From NCBI GenBank assembly GCA_919902495.1, contig CAKKRC010000018.1:580-64579 (forward strand): DNA of 64,000 nt. Direction: 5' to 3'. This DNA is from Nitrospiria bacterium (GTDB lineage Bacteria; Nitrospirota; UBA9217). Shown piece after piece: positions 9,084-19,366 of the stretch (its first letter is position 1; every line of letters begins with the position of its first letter). A program made the position numbers and the translations under genes. Below the pieces are notes generated by a model, which was given only the letters and a program-made list of their open reading frames with translations, searched no databases and was not told the origin of the DNA.

Positions 9084-10247
9084 ATGAGAACCATAAAACT
9101 GAAAAAGAAAGAAGAGCGCCGCGTCCAGCGCGGACACCCCTGGGTGTTCAGCAATGAGATCCAGGACCTGGCCGCAGACGCCGTTCCGGGCGAACTTGTC
9201 GAGGTCCGTGCGGCCTCCGGCGGGTTCATCGGCAGGGGCTATATTAATCCGCGCTCGCTCATCGCCGTGCGCATTCTGACCAGAGAACAGGAAGACCTCG
9301 ATGCCGCGTTCTTCGCCGGGAGGATCGGCCGGGCGCGTACGCTCAGAACCTCGCTCGGGTTCGGCGATTCGTTCCGCGCTGTCTTCAGCGAAGGGGACGG
9401 GCTTCCCGGGCTCATCGTGGACAAATATGCCGATACGCTCGTGGTCCAGTCGCTCACCGCGGGGATCGACGGCATGCTGGACATCATCCTGAACGCGCTC
9501 CGTGAAGTGTATGATCCGAAGGCCATCGTCCTCAGGAATGACACCGCCTCCCGGGAGATCGAGGGCCTTGCGCTGGAAAAGCGGGTCGCCTTCGGCGAGA
9601 CAACAGGCCTCGTGACCATCGAAGAGTCGGGGATCCGGTATCAGGTGGACGTGCTCGAAGGCCAGAAGACGGGATTTTTCTTCGACCAGCGCGAGAACCG
9701 TCTGGCGCTCCGTGATCTCGTACAAGGGCGGAGGACGCTGGACTGCTTCTGCTATGTGGGGGCGTGGGCGCTCTCAGCGGCGAAGTACGGCGCGACCGAG
9801 GTCGTCGGCATCGATTCCTCGGAGAGGGCGGTGAAGCTCGCGACCGCGAATGCCACACTGAACGGCCTTTCCGCGCGGTTCGTTGTCGGTGACGTGTTCG
9901 AACACTTGCGGGAGTTCGAAAAGAGGAAAGAACGATTCGGGTGCATCATCCTCGACCCGCCGGCGTTCGTGAAGAGCAGGGCCAAGGTGCGGGAGGCGCT
10001 CAAGGGATACAAGGAGATCAATCTCCGCGCCATGCGGATCCTCGAGCCGGGCGGGATCCTCGTCACCTGCTCCTGTTCGCACCACATTGACCAGGAATTG
10101 TTCCGGGAGATGCTGATCGACGCGGCCCATTCCGCCAACAGGCAGGCGCGGCTCCTGGAGATGCGCACCCAGTCCCGCGACCATCCCATGCTGCTTGCCG
10201 CGAAAGAGACCCAGTATCTCAAGTGCGCGATCCTGCAGGTCGATTGA
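9084..10247 (+). CDS. rlmI: Class I SAM-dependent rRNA methyltransferase, RlmI family
   Basis: PUA domain GHPWVFSNEI, EGDGLPGLIVDKY, GQKTGFFFDQRENR, ILDPPAF, YLK. The start is likely 9084 rather than 8790. Confidence 0.9.
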   Translation: MRTIKLKKKEERRVQRGHPWVFSNEIQDLAADAVPGELVEVRAASGGFIGRGYINPRSLIAVRILTREQEDLDAAFFAGRIGRARTLRTSLGFGDSFRAVFSEGDGLPGLIVDKYADTLVVQSLTAGIDGMLDIILNALREVYDPKAIVLRNDTASREIEGLALEKRVAFGETTGLVTIEESGIRYQVDVLEGQKTGFFFDQRENRLALRDLVQGRRTLDCFCYVGAWALSAAKYGATEVVGIDSSERAVKLATANATLNGLSARFVVGDVFEHLREFEKRKERFGCIILDPPAFVKSRAKVREALKGYKEINLRAMRILEPGGILVTCSCSHHIDQELFREMLIDAAHSANRQARLLEMRTQSRDHPMLLAAKETQYLKCAILQVD

Positions 10248-10375
10248 CGGGGCACGGTCTTTGACACTGAAGACATTGAGAGAGGCTATGAAAAGGCATG
10301 ATCAGGCCACTTCGTATTTTTCATCCGCCAGTATCGGCGCAACAGTCTTCGGTTCCCGGCAGCCCCAATTTCTTC

Positions 10376-10404
10376 TTGACTATAACCAGACCGGCAGGTA
10401 ATAT
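10376..10404 (+). promoter_or_regulatory. Sigma70-type promoter of tRNA-Val
   Basis: TTGACT-17 bp-TAATAT just upstream of the tRNA. Confidence 0.7.
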
Positions 10405-10416
10405 AGCACCGTTTCC

Positions 10417-10491
10417 GGGCGCTTAGCTCAGCGGGAGAGCACTGCCTTCACACGGCAGGGGCCACTGGTTCAATCCCAGTAGCGCCCACCA
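10417..10491 (+). tRNA. tRNA-Val (anticodon CAC)
   Basis: Acceptor stem GGGCGCT/AGCGCCC, anticodon arm CTGCC-ttCACac-GGCAG, GGTTCAATCC T-arm, encoded CCA. Confidence 0.96.
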
Positions 10492-10597
10492 TGAATTACA
10501 AGGACTTAGCCTGCCAAGGCCAGGTCCTTTTCTTTTTTTATAATTATCGAATACACTAATTCTGTCCAGGGTGCCAACGCCGTCCCGCAGGTTTTTC

Positions 10598-10634
10598 TTG
10601 ACATGTAGCCACGATATTATATAATGTATATACA
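10598..10634 (+). promoter_or_regulatory. vapBC promoter with palindromic operator
   Basis: TTGACA (10598)-16 bp-TATAAT (10620), overlapped by the palindrome TGTATATACA at 10625-10634. Confidence 0.6.
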
Positions 10635-10652
10635 GTCAGAGAGGAGAAAACC

Positions 10653-10850
10653 ATGCAGACAACAACCAAGAAGACAGCCAAACATTTCAGGCTCGATGAA
10701 ACCATGATCAAGAGCGCCCAGAAGATACTCGGCACCAAAACAGCGACAGAGGCGATCGAATCAGCGCTTGCCGAGGTCGTTTACCAGGATAAGATGAGAA
10801 AGCTTATTGAGCAGACGGCCGGGAAATTCAAGTTTGAGGGCCTTCGTTGA
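10653..10850 (+). CDS. vapB: VapB-like antitoxin (RHH type)
   Basis: 65 aa, FRLDETMIKSAQKILGTKTATEAIESAL; overlaps the PIN gene (TTGA). Confidence 0.8.
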   Translation: MQTTTKKTAKHFRLDETMIKSAQKILGTKTATEAIESALAEVVYQDKMRKLIEQTAGKFKFEGLR

Positions 10851-11263
10851 AACCAAAAGCCGTTCCTGACACGTCCTTTCTCATTGAGCATTTCAGAGGG
10901 GATACCGTTCAAGAAGCCTTTCTGAGCCTTACCCGTTATTATCATGTTGCATTCAGTTCCGTCGTGCTCATGGAACTGCTTGCTGGTGCCTTTGAACCAA
11001 AGGAGCAAAAACTTATCGACCAGATAGCGAGGAATTTCACCGTTCTATCCGTTACCGAGCGCCAATGGTTCCTCAGCGGCGAAATCATGATGAAGCTGCG
11101 AAGAGACAAAAGAATTGACCGCGAGCGGATCAAAGGACTCCTGGCTGATATCTTGATCGCGGTATCAGTCAGAGACACGGGCGCGGTTCTCATCACGAAA
11201 AATGAAAAAGACTTCAGGCTTATCCGTGAAGTGTACGATTTTAAGTATGTCGCGATTGCATGA
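10847..11263 (+). CDS. vapC: PIN-domain toxin, VapC family
   Basis: DTSFLIE, SSVVLMELLAG, ADILIA, LITKNEKDF. Confidence 0.9.
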   Translation: MKPKAVPDTSFLIEHFRGDTVQEAFLSLTRYYHVAFSSVVLMELLAGAFEPKEQKLIDQIARNFTVLSVTERQWFLSGEIMMKLRRDKRIDRERIKGLLADILIAVSVRDTGAVLITKNEKDFRLIREVYDFKYVAIA

Positions 11264-11648
11264 TGTCTTTGCATGATCATCGTGACGAAGGAAGGTGCTA
11301 ATAAAGGAGCGCAAAACTGAAAAGCGGAGAGATGCCGTCAAACAATGATGCAGATTTTAAGGCGGCGGTACGTGTTCTTAAACGGCGGCCAAGCGAGCAC
11401 AGGAAACTGCACATCGGTTCAAGACTCCGGTGGTAATATGGAACAATGGTCGTGTCAAGACCGTAACACCAAAGATGAGCGCAGAGAAATCAAGGTGAGA
11501 GCCGCTTGCTCCTGGATTCAATCCCAGTAGCGCCCACCATGAATTACAAGGAGTTGGCAGAAATCTGCTGACTCTTTTTTGGCCAATACAGGTACTTTCA
11601 TGATATATTTATCACTGAAGGCAACAACCTACAAACGATATTCATTTC

Positions 11649-11969
11649 ATGGCTAAATCGATACAAAAAACATTTCTCCTGTTGATTACCGCCAGCATGG
11701 TGTGTCTTGTCCCGGCGGGCTGCGTATTTCTCAAGACCCCCCCTCCTCCGAAATCACCTGCCCGGCAGCACGTGGATTCCAGGGCCCAGCAGCAGTATTA
11801 CGACCTGGGCCTTCAGCAGTACACCAGGGAGAACTACGGGGAGGCCAAGGAGGCGTTCGAACAGGCCATCGAGCTTGGCCCGAACACGGCGCTGGGTCAG
11901 AAGGCGCAGGAAAATCTCAAAAAGATACAGCGGATACTGAAAACCCTTCAGGAAATAGAGTCTAAATGA
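11649..11969 (+). CDS. TPR-containing lipoprotein
   Basis: Lipobox-like PAGC; TPR YYDLGLQQY..ENYGEAKEAFEQAIELGP; ATGA overlap with the cyclase gene. Confidence 0.75.
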   Translation: MAKSIQKTFLLLITASMVCLVPAGCVFLKTPPPPKSPARQHVDSRAQQQYYDLGLQQYTRENYGEAKEAFEQAIELGPNTALGQKAQENLKKIQRILKTLQEIESK

Positions 11970-13822
11970 CTGACAGATCCGAAAAAAAGAATAACGGAAC
12001 CGCGGAAGCTGTGACTGCAGAATCGCAGTCGGTGCCTGAAACAAAAAGCGCCGCCGTTCTTCCGCCGCCGGCGAAACCGGACAACGCTCCGCCATCGATT
12101 CCGGGTATCCTGTTGAACCGCCTCTCCTCGCTCAGCGTCCGCTACAAGATCGCCGGAACGCTCATCATGGTGCTGGGCCTGGCGGTTACGTCTCTCGGCA
12201 TCGTGACCTTTGCCCAGCAAAGCATGTCCCTGAGACAGGAATTGAAGAACCGCGCCGAGATCCTGGTCCAGCAGCTCGCGAATGTGGGCAAGGAAGGCCT
12301 GCTGACGAAAGAGGAGCTGCCGGTCTATTCCACCATCACGGACATCCAGAAGCGGAATGACGTGGTCTATGCCATGGTCATGGACGATGAGGGAAAGGTA
12401 TTTGCTCACAATGATATTACCCGGAAGGGAACCGTCCTGACCAGCTCGGTCGACCTGGCGGCGCTCCGGGCAGATGCCCTGTTGTTCCAGGAGACGGGCT
12501 CCGGGGACAGTTCCGTTCTGGATGCAACCATTCCCATCGTTCTGAAGGCGAAGGGTCTCAAGATCGGCGTAGCGCGGATCGGGCTGTCCGAACAGGCGTT
12601 GAACGAGTCGCTGAGCAGGCAGAAGAACCTCTACCTCTGGATCGCCCTGGGATTCGTCATCGGCGGACTTCTCGTTTCCTTCGCGCTCGCCCGCATGATC
12701 ACGCAACCCCTTGATTCCCTGGCGGCGGGGATCCAGATCGTTGCGCGGGGCGATCTGCGCAGGCTGGTCGCCGTGAGCTCGAACGATGAGATCGGGAAAC
12801 TGACGAATGTTTTCAACCAGATGATCCTGAGCCTCCGGGAAAAGCTCCTGATGGAAAAATACCTTTCCCAGCCGACGGTCCAGAGCATCAAGGAACATCG
12901 CGACGTGACGCAGCTTAAGCTAGGAGGCGAGCGGAAGTATGTTACAGCTCTTTTCTCCGACGCGCGCGGCTTTACGTCGCTGTCGGAAAAGATGAGTCCC
13001 GAGGACGTGGTCAGGCTGATGAACGTGTATCTGAACCTGCAGGCGAAGGTCATTCACCAGTTCGGCGGGACCATCGACAAGTTCGTTGGCGATGAGGTCA
13101 TGGCCATCTTCGAAGGGCGGGGCAATGAGATCAACGCGGTGCGGGCCGCGGTGGAGATCCAGAGCTACTGCAAGGCATTGAACGCGGCACGGGTCGCGTC
13201 CGGGGACAAGGCGATCAGCATCGGCATTGGCCTGAACAACGGAGAGGTCGTTATGGGCAACATGGGTTCAGAAGATCATATGGATTATACGGTGATCGGC
13301 GACAACATCAATATTGCCGCACGGATGTGCGGGATCGCGCAGCCGGGAATGGTGCTGGCCAGCAAAGCGATCGCCGAGGCGATCGGCGACCAGGCGTCGC
13401 TGAAGGACCAGCATCCGGTCATGGTAAAAGGGAAGGACCAGCCGATCGGCATCGCCGAGGTGGTAAGCGTCAAAGGCGGCGCCAGGCAGTATATGAGAAA
13501 GACAACGGACGCGCCGGCGACCTATTCGCTCGCGGGTTTTTCCGATGAGACCTTCGCGGCCATCGTAAAGAACGTCAGTCCTGCCGGATGCCTGTTGGTC
13601 GTCGGTGCGCCCATCGGCATTGGTTCAAAATTGATCGTACATCTGGACCTGCTTGAGCTGGACGACGTCGCGATCCATGCTTCGGTCTACCATGCGCGTA
13701 AACAGGATACGACCTATTATGTCGGGCTCTGTTTCGAGGACCTGCCGGAGGACGTAACATACCGCGTTGTCCAGTGGGTGCACCAGGTGAACTCGGAGAT
13801 CGCTGAAGGACTGATGCTCTGA
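11966..13822 (+). CDS. Class III adenylate cyclase: 2 TM, sensor domain, HAMP, cyclase, C-terminal PilZ
   Basis: FSDARGFT, DKFVGDEV, DYTVIGDNINIAAR (K/D = ATP specificity). PilZ motifs RQYMR and NVSPAG. Confidence 0.88.
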   Translation: MTDRSEKKNNGTAEAVTAESQSVPETKSAAVLPPPAKPDNAPPSIPGILLNRLSSLSVRYKIAGTLIMVLGLAVTSLGIVTFAQQSMSLRQELKNRAEILVQQLANVGKEGLLTKEELPVYSTITDIQKRNDVVYAMVMDDEGKVFAHNDITRKGTVLTSSVDLAALRADALLFQETGSGDSSVLDATIPIVLKAKGLKIGVARIGLSEQALNESLSRQKNLYLWIALGFVIGGLLVSFALARMITQPLDSLAAGIQIVARGDLRRLVAVSSNDEIGKLTNVFNQMILSLREKLLMEKYLSQPTVQSIKEHRDVTQLKLGGERKYVTALFSDARGFTSLSEKMSPEDVVRLMNVYLNLQAKVIHQFGGTIDKFVGDEVMAIFEGRGNEINAVRAAVEIQSYCKALNAARVASGDKAISIGIGLNNGEVVMGNMGSEDHMDYTVIGDNINIAARMCGIAQPGMVLASKAIAEAIGDQASLKDQHPVMVKGKDQPIGIAEVVSVKGGARQYMRKTTDAPATYSLAGFSDETFAAIVKNVSPAGCLLVVGAPIGIGSKLIVHLDLLELDDVAIHASVYHARKQDTTYYVGLCFEDLPEDVTYRVVQWVHQVNSEIAEGLML

Positions 13823-13878
13823 CGAGCCTCACGCCGCAGGAGCTTCGGTCCATGCATCCCGTGAAAGCACATCGCAAC

Positions 13879-13910
13879 AAAAGGGCCTGAAACCATGCAG
13901 GCTCTTTTTT
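13879..13910. terminator. Bidirectional rho-independent terminator
   Basis: aaaagggcctg-aaaccatg-caggctcttttt between the convergent cyclase and dksA genes. Confidence 0.65.
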
Positions 13911-14117
13911 CATTGTTGCGCGGAACGGATGTGCGCGCTGTCTGGATACGGTCACCGGTTCGATCCTGTTCTCCAACCTCGCCGTTCCGGGAGTTCGGCA
14001 CATCCCGTCCTTTCTCGATCCCGTTCTGCCCGTACCTGACGCCCCTGTGAAACAAAAAGGCCGACCGTTTCCGGTCAGCCTTATATTTATTAATGAAGTA
14101 ACGTGCCCGCGCCGACA

Positions 14118-14480
14118 CTATCCCGTCTGGCGCTTTTCGCTCTCTTCCTGCTCGGTCTTGCACTCGATGCAGAGGGTCGTGACCGGACGCGCTTCAAGAC
14201 GCTTGAGGCTTATCTGTCCGCCGCAGGACTCACATACGCCGTAGGTCCCTTCGTCGATCCTGGCAATGGCCTCGTCGATCTTTTTCAGGAGCTTTTGCTC
14301 CCTTCCGCGGAGCCTGAGCAGGAAATTGTTGTCCAGCTCCGCGGCGGCCTGATCCGTGGGATCGGGGAAGCTCTGTTTCTCGGCGCCCAGTTTCGTGCTG
14401 ATCGTATGTTCTGCTTCAGACAAGAGCTCATCCCGCTGGACCATGAGCCTCTTTCGGATGACATTGACCTTATTGTTCAT
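14118..14480 (-). CDS. dksA: RNA polymerase-binding protein DksA
   Basis: DPTDQA coiled-coil tip; C4 zinc finger YGVCESCG...RLEARPVTTLCIECK. Confidence 0.93.
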   Translation of the reverse strand: MNNKVNVIRKRLMVQRDELLSEAEHTISTKLGAEKQSFPDPTDQAAAELDNNFLLRLRGREQKLLKKIDEAIARIDEGTYGVCESCGGQISLKRLEARPVTTLCIECKTEQEESEKRQTG

Positions 14481-14654
14481 GCTGACGACCTCTGCTCCCC
14501 CGGGATAATAATGAAAAGGCGAACGGAATGTTCGACCCGTTCGCAAGCAAGTGGTATACTATAACAAAAAAGCACACGTGAGTCAATTAAGAAAAGGCGA
14601 CCTTGCCCTTCCTCGATTTGACAAAGCAGTGTTGCCGGGAGTATTATCAACCAT

Positions 14655-15884
14655 ATGTTGACCGAGAAACAGAAGTTTGGAAAGATCATCAACCTCGGTG
14701 TCGAGATCACCCAGGTGAAGGACCTCGACGTGCTCCTGGAGCGCATCCTGAAAGAGGCGAGGCTTCTGGTAAATGCCGATGCAGGGTCCATCTATGTCAA
14801 AGAAGAGGACAAGCTCAAGTTCAGCTACAGCCAGAACGACACGCTGCAGCTGCGCCAGCCGGGCAGGAAGCTGATCTATTCCACCTTCAAGATGCCCATC
14901 AACAACCAGTCCATCGCGGGCTACGTGGCGAACACCGGGGACCTGCTGAACCTGCAGGACGCCTACAAGCTCCCTTCGACCCTTCCCTTCTCGTTCAATC
15001 GCAAGTACGACGATCTCTCGGGGTATCGCACCCAGTCCATGCTCACGTTCCCGCTGAAGACCAACCGCGGCGACACGATCGGCGTGCTGCAGCTGATCAA
15101 CGCGAAGAACGCCAAGGGAAAGCCGGTCGCTTTTTCGAAAAAGGACGAACCGCTCATATTGCACTTTGCCAATATGGCCGCCGTTGCCATCGAGCGCGCC
15201 CAGATGACCCGCGCCATGATCCTCCGGACCATTAAAATGGCGGAGCTGCGGGACCCCAAGGAGACCGGCGCCCACGTGAACCGCGTGGCCTCCTATTCTG
15301 TTGCGATCTACGAGCACTGGGCAGCGAAGCGCGGCGTCCCCCACGAGGTCCTCGAAAAGAACCGCGATATCCTGCGCATGGCGGCCATGCTCCACGATGT
15401 CGGCAAGGTGGCCATCGCGGACGCGATCCTCAAAAAGCCCGCGCGGCTCGATGATGCGGAGCGGGAGATCATGAAACAGCACACCTACATGGGCGCCCGG
15501 CTTTTTTCCGAACAGTATTCCGAGTTCGATGACGCGTCGGCCAGCGTGGCGCTGAACCACCACGAGAAATGGGACGGCACCGGCTATCCGGGCCATATCA
15601 ATCCCTTCGATGCAAAGGTGCTCCCCGGCTACGAGAACAGCGACGGCACGCCCCGTCCCAAAAAAGGGGAGGAGATCCCGGTGTTCGGCCGGCTCGTTGC
15701 GCTGGCCGATGTGTACGACGCGCTGAGCTCCAAGCGGGCCTACAAGGAGAAGTGGGACGAGGTGCAGGTCCTGGAAGAGCTCAAGATCGGCTCCGGCACC
15801 CACTTCGATCCGGAAATGGTCGAGACCTTTTTTACCTGCATTGAGACGATCCGCAACATTGCCGAACGGTATCCCGATCATTAA
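14655..15884 (+). CDS. GAF + HD-GYP cyclic-dinucleotide phosphodiesterase
   Basis: GAF (GYRTQSMLTFPL, IGVLQLIN), ETGAHVNRV, LHDVGK, HHEKWDGTGYP, ADVYDAL, HFDP. Confidence 0.9.
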   Translation: MLTEKQKFGKIINLGVEITQVKDLDVLLERILKEARLLVNADAGSIYVKEEDKLKFSYSQNDTLQLRQPGRKLIYSTFKMPINNQSIAGYVANTGDLLNLQDAYKLPSTLPFSFNRKYDDLSGYRTQSMLTFPLKTNRGDTIGVLQLINAKNAKGKPVAFSKKDEPLILHFANMAAVAIERAQMTRAMILRTIKMAELRDPKETGAHVNRVASYSVAIYEHWAAKRGVPHEVLEKNRDILRMAAMLHDVGKVAIADAILKKPARLDDAEREIMKQHTYMGARLFSEQYSEFDDASASVALNHHEKWDGTGYPGHINPFDAKVLPGYENSDGTPRPKKGEEIPVFGRLVALADVYDALSSKRAYKEKWDEVQVLEELKIGSGTHFDPEMVETFFTCIETIRNIAERYPDH

Positions 15885-15958
15885 GCACTGGAGTGCGACA
15901 CCATACCCCGAAAACAGACTCTCCTGCATACAATGATTCCGCCCCGCTCACTAATTCC

Positions 15959-16699
15959 ATGACCAGGAACAGCAGGAACAAAAAGCATGAACAGGGGACC
16001 GGCGCCTTTCAGAACACGCCGTTCAAGGCGCTGAAAGGCATTGCGCCGAAGGCATCCGTTCCCCCCGCCCCCCCCACTGCACCGAAGGCCTCATCGAGCG
16101 AAGAGCTGGTGGACGACGACGAGCTTTTTCTGCGCTCCATGAGCGGCACCAGGCGGATCGATCCCGCGGGCGAACAGGAGCCGGTGCCGCTGTCTCCGGT
16201 GAAAGCGGTACCGCAGCCGGGTGATGAGGAAGACAACCGGGAGCTCTTCCTGCGTGCCATGGGCGCGCTCACTACCGCGACGTTCCGGCCAGAGGCGCCG
16301 GAGCCGGACGAAACGGAACCAACCCGGTCGCCATCAAGCCGGATGCGCCAGCTCAAGCGGGGGACCATTCGCATCGGCGACGAACTCGACCTGCACGGAT
16401 TCCTGAAGGATGAAGCGCTCAAGCGGCTCGAGCATTTTATTGCGGGCGCGTATGCCCGGGGATTGCAGGCGGTCCTCGTAATCACGGGAAAGGGGATCAA
16501 TTCGCCCGAGGGACCGGTCCTCCCCGGAGCGGCGGCCGCATGGCTCCGGGAAAAGGGGAAGGCAATGATCGCCGAGTCCCATCCCGCCCCCCGCGACAAG
16601 GGCGGCAGCGGCGCAATCGTGATCTTCCTGCGGAAGCGGGAGGGAATTGATCTATACATACCGCAAATACATATGGACGGCGGTCGCAAGAAGAGGTAG
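15959..16699 (+). CDS. Smr/MutS2 C-terminal-domain protein
   Basis: ELDLHG, VLVITGKG, GGSGA. Confidence 0.88.
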   Translation: MTRNSRNKKHEQGTGAFQNTPFKALKGIAPKASVPPAPPTAPKASSSEELVDDDELFLRSMSGTRRIDPAGEQEPVPLSPVKAVPQPGDEEDNRELFLRAMGALTTATFRPEAPEPDETEPTRSPSSRMRQLKRGTIRIGDELDLHGFLKDEALKRLEHFIAGAYARGLQAVLVITGKGINSPEGPVLPGAAAAWLREKGKAMIAESHPAPRDKGGSGAIVIFLRKREGIDLYIPQIHMDGGRKKR

Positions 16700-16727
16700 C
16701 ATGTAAATTGTCGTAACGAGTAACGTA

Positions 16728-18668
16728 ATGACAGACATGACAACACCATCGGCCTTCCAGCCGATAAAGAACAGATTTCGCATTCTCTATCTCCTTTCCC
16801 TGGTATTTCTGCTCCAATCCCTGGCTGTACGGATAGTACTGTTCGTCAAGGCGTTGCCTGGCATGACGCACGACCCGCTCGTTCTGGTCGAAATGGTCAG
16901 CGTCGGTTTCCTGTATGACTGCATCACGTTCGCGTACTGTGCGATTCCCTTCACGCTGCTCCTGGCGCTGCTCCCTGAGAGGGCATATCTGCACCGCTCC
17001 TTCCGGTTCTTCATGCACGGGGTCTTTTTCGCCGTTCTGTTCATTCTCCTGTTCGATGCCGCGGCCGAATACCTCTTTTTCGACGAGTTCGAGACGCGCT
17101 TCAATTTCATCGCCATCGATTACCTGGTCTATACCCGGGAGGTCGTGGGCAATATCCGTGAATCCTATCCGCTGAACAAGATACTGCTCGGCATTGGTAC
17201 GGCCGCTGCAGCGCTCTATCTCCTCCTCAGAAAACGGATTGATCGCGCTGTTGCCCCCGCTACGAGCACGTTCGTCATGCGGCTGCGCCAGGGGATCGTC
17301 TTTGCCGTGCTGCCGCTCTTCGCTCTGTTGTTCGTTGACCAGTCATGGACGAACATCTCACGGGACAACTACGCCAATGAGCTTGCCGGGAACGGCATTT
17401 ACGACCTGTTCGCCGCTTTCCGGAACAACGAGCTCGATTTTCAGAAGCTCTACCTCACCATGGACGAAGACAAGGCGCTTCATCACCTTCAAGAGCTTGT
17501 GTCGGAAAAGAACGGACAGCGCGTCGGCGCCGATCGGCGGGATATCGAGCGGGTCGTTGCCAACGCCGGCCCTGAAAAAAAGCTGAACGTCATCGTTATC
17601 ATCGAGGAAAGCCTCAGCGCCGAATATCTGGGATCGTTCGGAAACAGCGAGGGGGCCACGCCGAACCTCGACCGGCTTGCGAAAGAGTCCCTCTTCTTTA
17701 CCCATGTGTTCGCCACGGGCACGAGGACCGTGCGCGGCCTCGAGGCCATCACGCTGTCCCTGCCGCCGCTGCCCGGGACCTCGGTTGTCAAGCGGCCTAG
17801 GAACGAGGACCTTTTTTCCTGGGGGACGCTCATGCGGTCCAAGGGATACGACACGCGGTTCATCTACGGCGGTCACGGATATTTCGACAATATGAACTAC
17901 TTCTTCGGTCATAACGGCTTCGCCGTGACCGACCGGAGCGATCTTGCCCGTGACGAGATCACCTATGCCAATGTCTGGGGGGTATGCGACGAGGACCTGT
18001 TCCGGCGCGTTGTCCGGGAAGGGTCGCGGTCCCATGACGAGGGGAAGCCGTTTTTCTTCGAGGTGATGACCACCTCGAACCACCGGCCCTACACCTACCC
18101 CGAAGGCAAGATCGACATCCCTTCGGGAGCGGGGCGCGGCGGCGGGGTTAAATACGCTGATTACGCCATCGGACGGTTCATCGACGAAGTGAAACAGCAG
18201 CCCTGGTTCAAGGACACGGTCATCATCATCGTGGCGGACCACTGCGCGGCCAGCGGCGGCAAGGTCGACCTGCCGGTCAAGCGGTACGAGATACCCCTGC
18301 TTGTCTATGCGCCCGCCCACGTCAGCCCCGGGAGGGTCGACCGGATGATGAGCCAGATCGACATCGCGCCGACGGTTCTGGGCATCCTGAACATGAGCTA
18401 CCGGTCCCGGTTCTTCGGTCGGGACGTTTTGAGGTCCTGCTCCGCCCCTGATCGGGCGTTTATCTCGACCTATCAGAAGCTGGGATATCTGACGGGCGAC
18501 CGGCTCCTGGTCGCGGGACCGAAAAAGCGCCTGGACTCGTACGTCATCGCCCGGGCGGACGGGAGCGCGAGCGAGATCAAACCTCGCGAGCAGGACGTTG
18601 CCGATATGCTGAGCTATTTCCAGGGGGCGAGCACGATCTACAAGAACAGGCGGAACATGCTCCCTTGA
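16728..18668 (+). CDS. LTA synthase / sulfatase-family membrane protein
   Basis: Several N-terminal TM helices; [39 protein letters not shown]. Confidence 0.9.
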   Translation: MTDMTTPSAFQPIKNRFRILYLLSLVFLLQSLAVRIVLFVKALPGMTHDPLVLVEMVSVGFLYDCITFAYCAIPFTLLLALLPERAYLHRSFRFFMHGVFFAVLFILLFDAAAEYLFFDEFETRFNFIAIDYLVYTREVVGNIRESYPLNKILLGIGTAAAALYLLLRKRIDRAVAPATSTFVMRLRQGIVFAVLPLFALLFVDQSWTNISRDNYANELAGNGIYDLFAAFRNNELDFQKLYLTMDEDKALHHLQELVSEKNGQRVGADRRDIERVVANAGPEKKLNVIVIIEESLSAEYLGSFGNSEGATPNLDRLAKESLFFTHVFATGTRTVRGLEAITLSLPPLPGTSVVKRPRNEDLFSWGTLMRSKGYDTRFIYGGHGYFDNMNYFFGHNGFAVTDRSDLARDEITYANVWGVCDEDLFRRVVREGSRSHDEGKPFFFEVMTTSNHRPYTYPEGKIDIPSGAGRGGGVKYADYAIGRFIDEVKQQPWFKDTVIIIVADHCAASGGKVDLPVKRYEIPLLVYAPAHVSPGRVDRMMSQIDIAPTVLGILNMSYRSRFFGRDVLRSCSAPDRAFISTYQKLGYLTGDRLLVAGPKKRLDSYVIARADGSASEIKPREQDVADMLSYFQGASTIYKNRRNMLP

Positions 18669-18819
18669 CGGGCGATCACCCTCCTCTTCCGCATCTTTCC
18701 GGCGGGGCATGCCCCGCCTTCTCTCCACAGCATGTCTCCTGTTGACAATTCATTCCGGCCGCTTTAAAATCATGCTTCACATGCATCATCAGTTGTTCGA
18801 CGGAAGGAGCGCCCTGTCC

Positions 18820-19236
18820 ATGGAAAGGACCTTTGCCATCATCAAGCCTGACGCCTGCAAGAGGAACCTTGCCGGCAAGATCCTGGCGAAGATCGAGGAA
18901 AAGGGCTTTCGCGTCATCGCCATGAAGAAGATCGCGATGACCAGGAAGCAGGCTGAAGGGTTCTACGCGGTGCACCGGGGAAAGCCGTTCTTCGACAGCC
19001 TTGCGGACTTCATGTCGTCCGGCCCCTGCATCGTGATGGTGCTGGAAAAAGAGAACGCCATTGCGGCATGGCGCACGCTCATGGGCGCGACCAACCCGGC
19101 CAATGCGGACCCGGGGACGATCAGAAAAGAATTCGCGCAGAGCGTGGAGGCGAATTCCGTCCACGGGTCGGACGCGCCGGAGACCGCTGAATACGAGATC
19201 AAGTATTTTTTCAGCGCTCTGGAGCTCACTGCCTGA
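18820..19236 (+). CDS. ndk: Nucleoside diphosphate kinase
   Basis: [30 protein letters not shown]. Confidence 0.97.
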   Translation: MERTFAIIKPDACKRNLAGKILAKIEEKGFRVIAMKKIAMTRKQAEGFYAVHRGKPFFDSLADFMSSGPCIVMVLEKENAIAAWRTLMGATNPANADPGTIRKEFAQSVEANSVHGSDAPETAEYEIKYFFSALELTA

Positions 19237-19366
19237 GCTGCCGGAAGACGCACACAGAACACCGGCATTGCGCCCGGCGTGCAGATAGTGTTCAACACAA
19301 AGGTTCGATCGAAGCGTTATCGCATCGTCAATTGCAGCGAACGAGCATTTCCAAGGAGACGGCACC

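Larger units (their letters stand above)
10469..11552. mobile_element. Mini integrative islet at the tRNA-Val 3' end (attL/attR-like 36-bp direct repeat)
   Basis: TTCAATCCCAGTAGCGCCCACCATGAATTACAAGGA at 10469-10504 and 11517-11552. Each copy is followed by a terminator-like hairpin. The interior is AT-richer and has no integrase. Confidence 0.85.

Noticed and set aside
11345-11552. Second tRNA-Val or a 61-aa ORF
   Set aside because: Only the 3' part of the tRNA is duplicated (att site), and the ORF has no supporting features.
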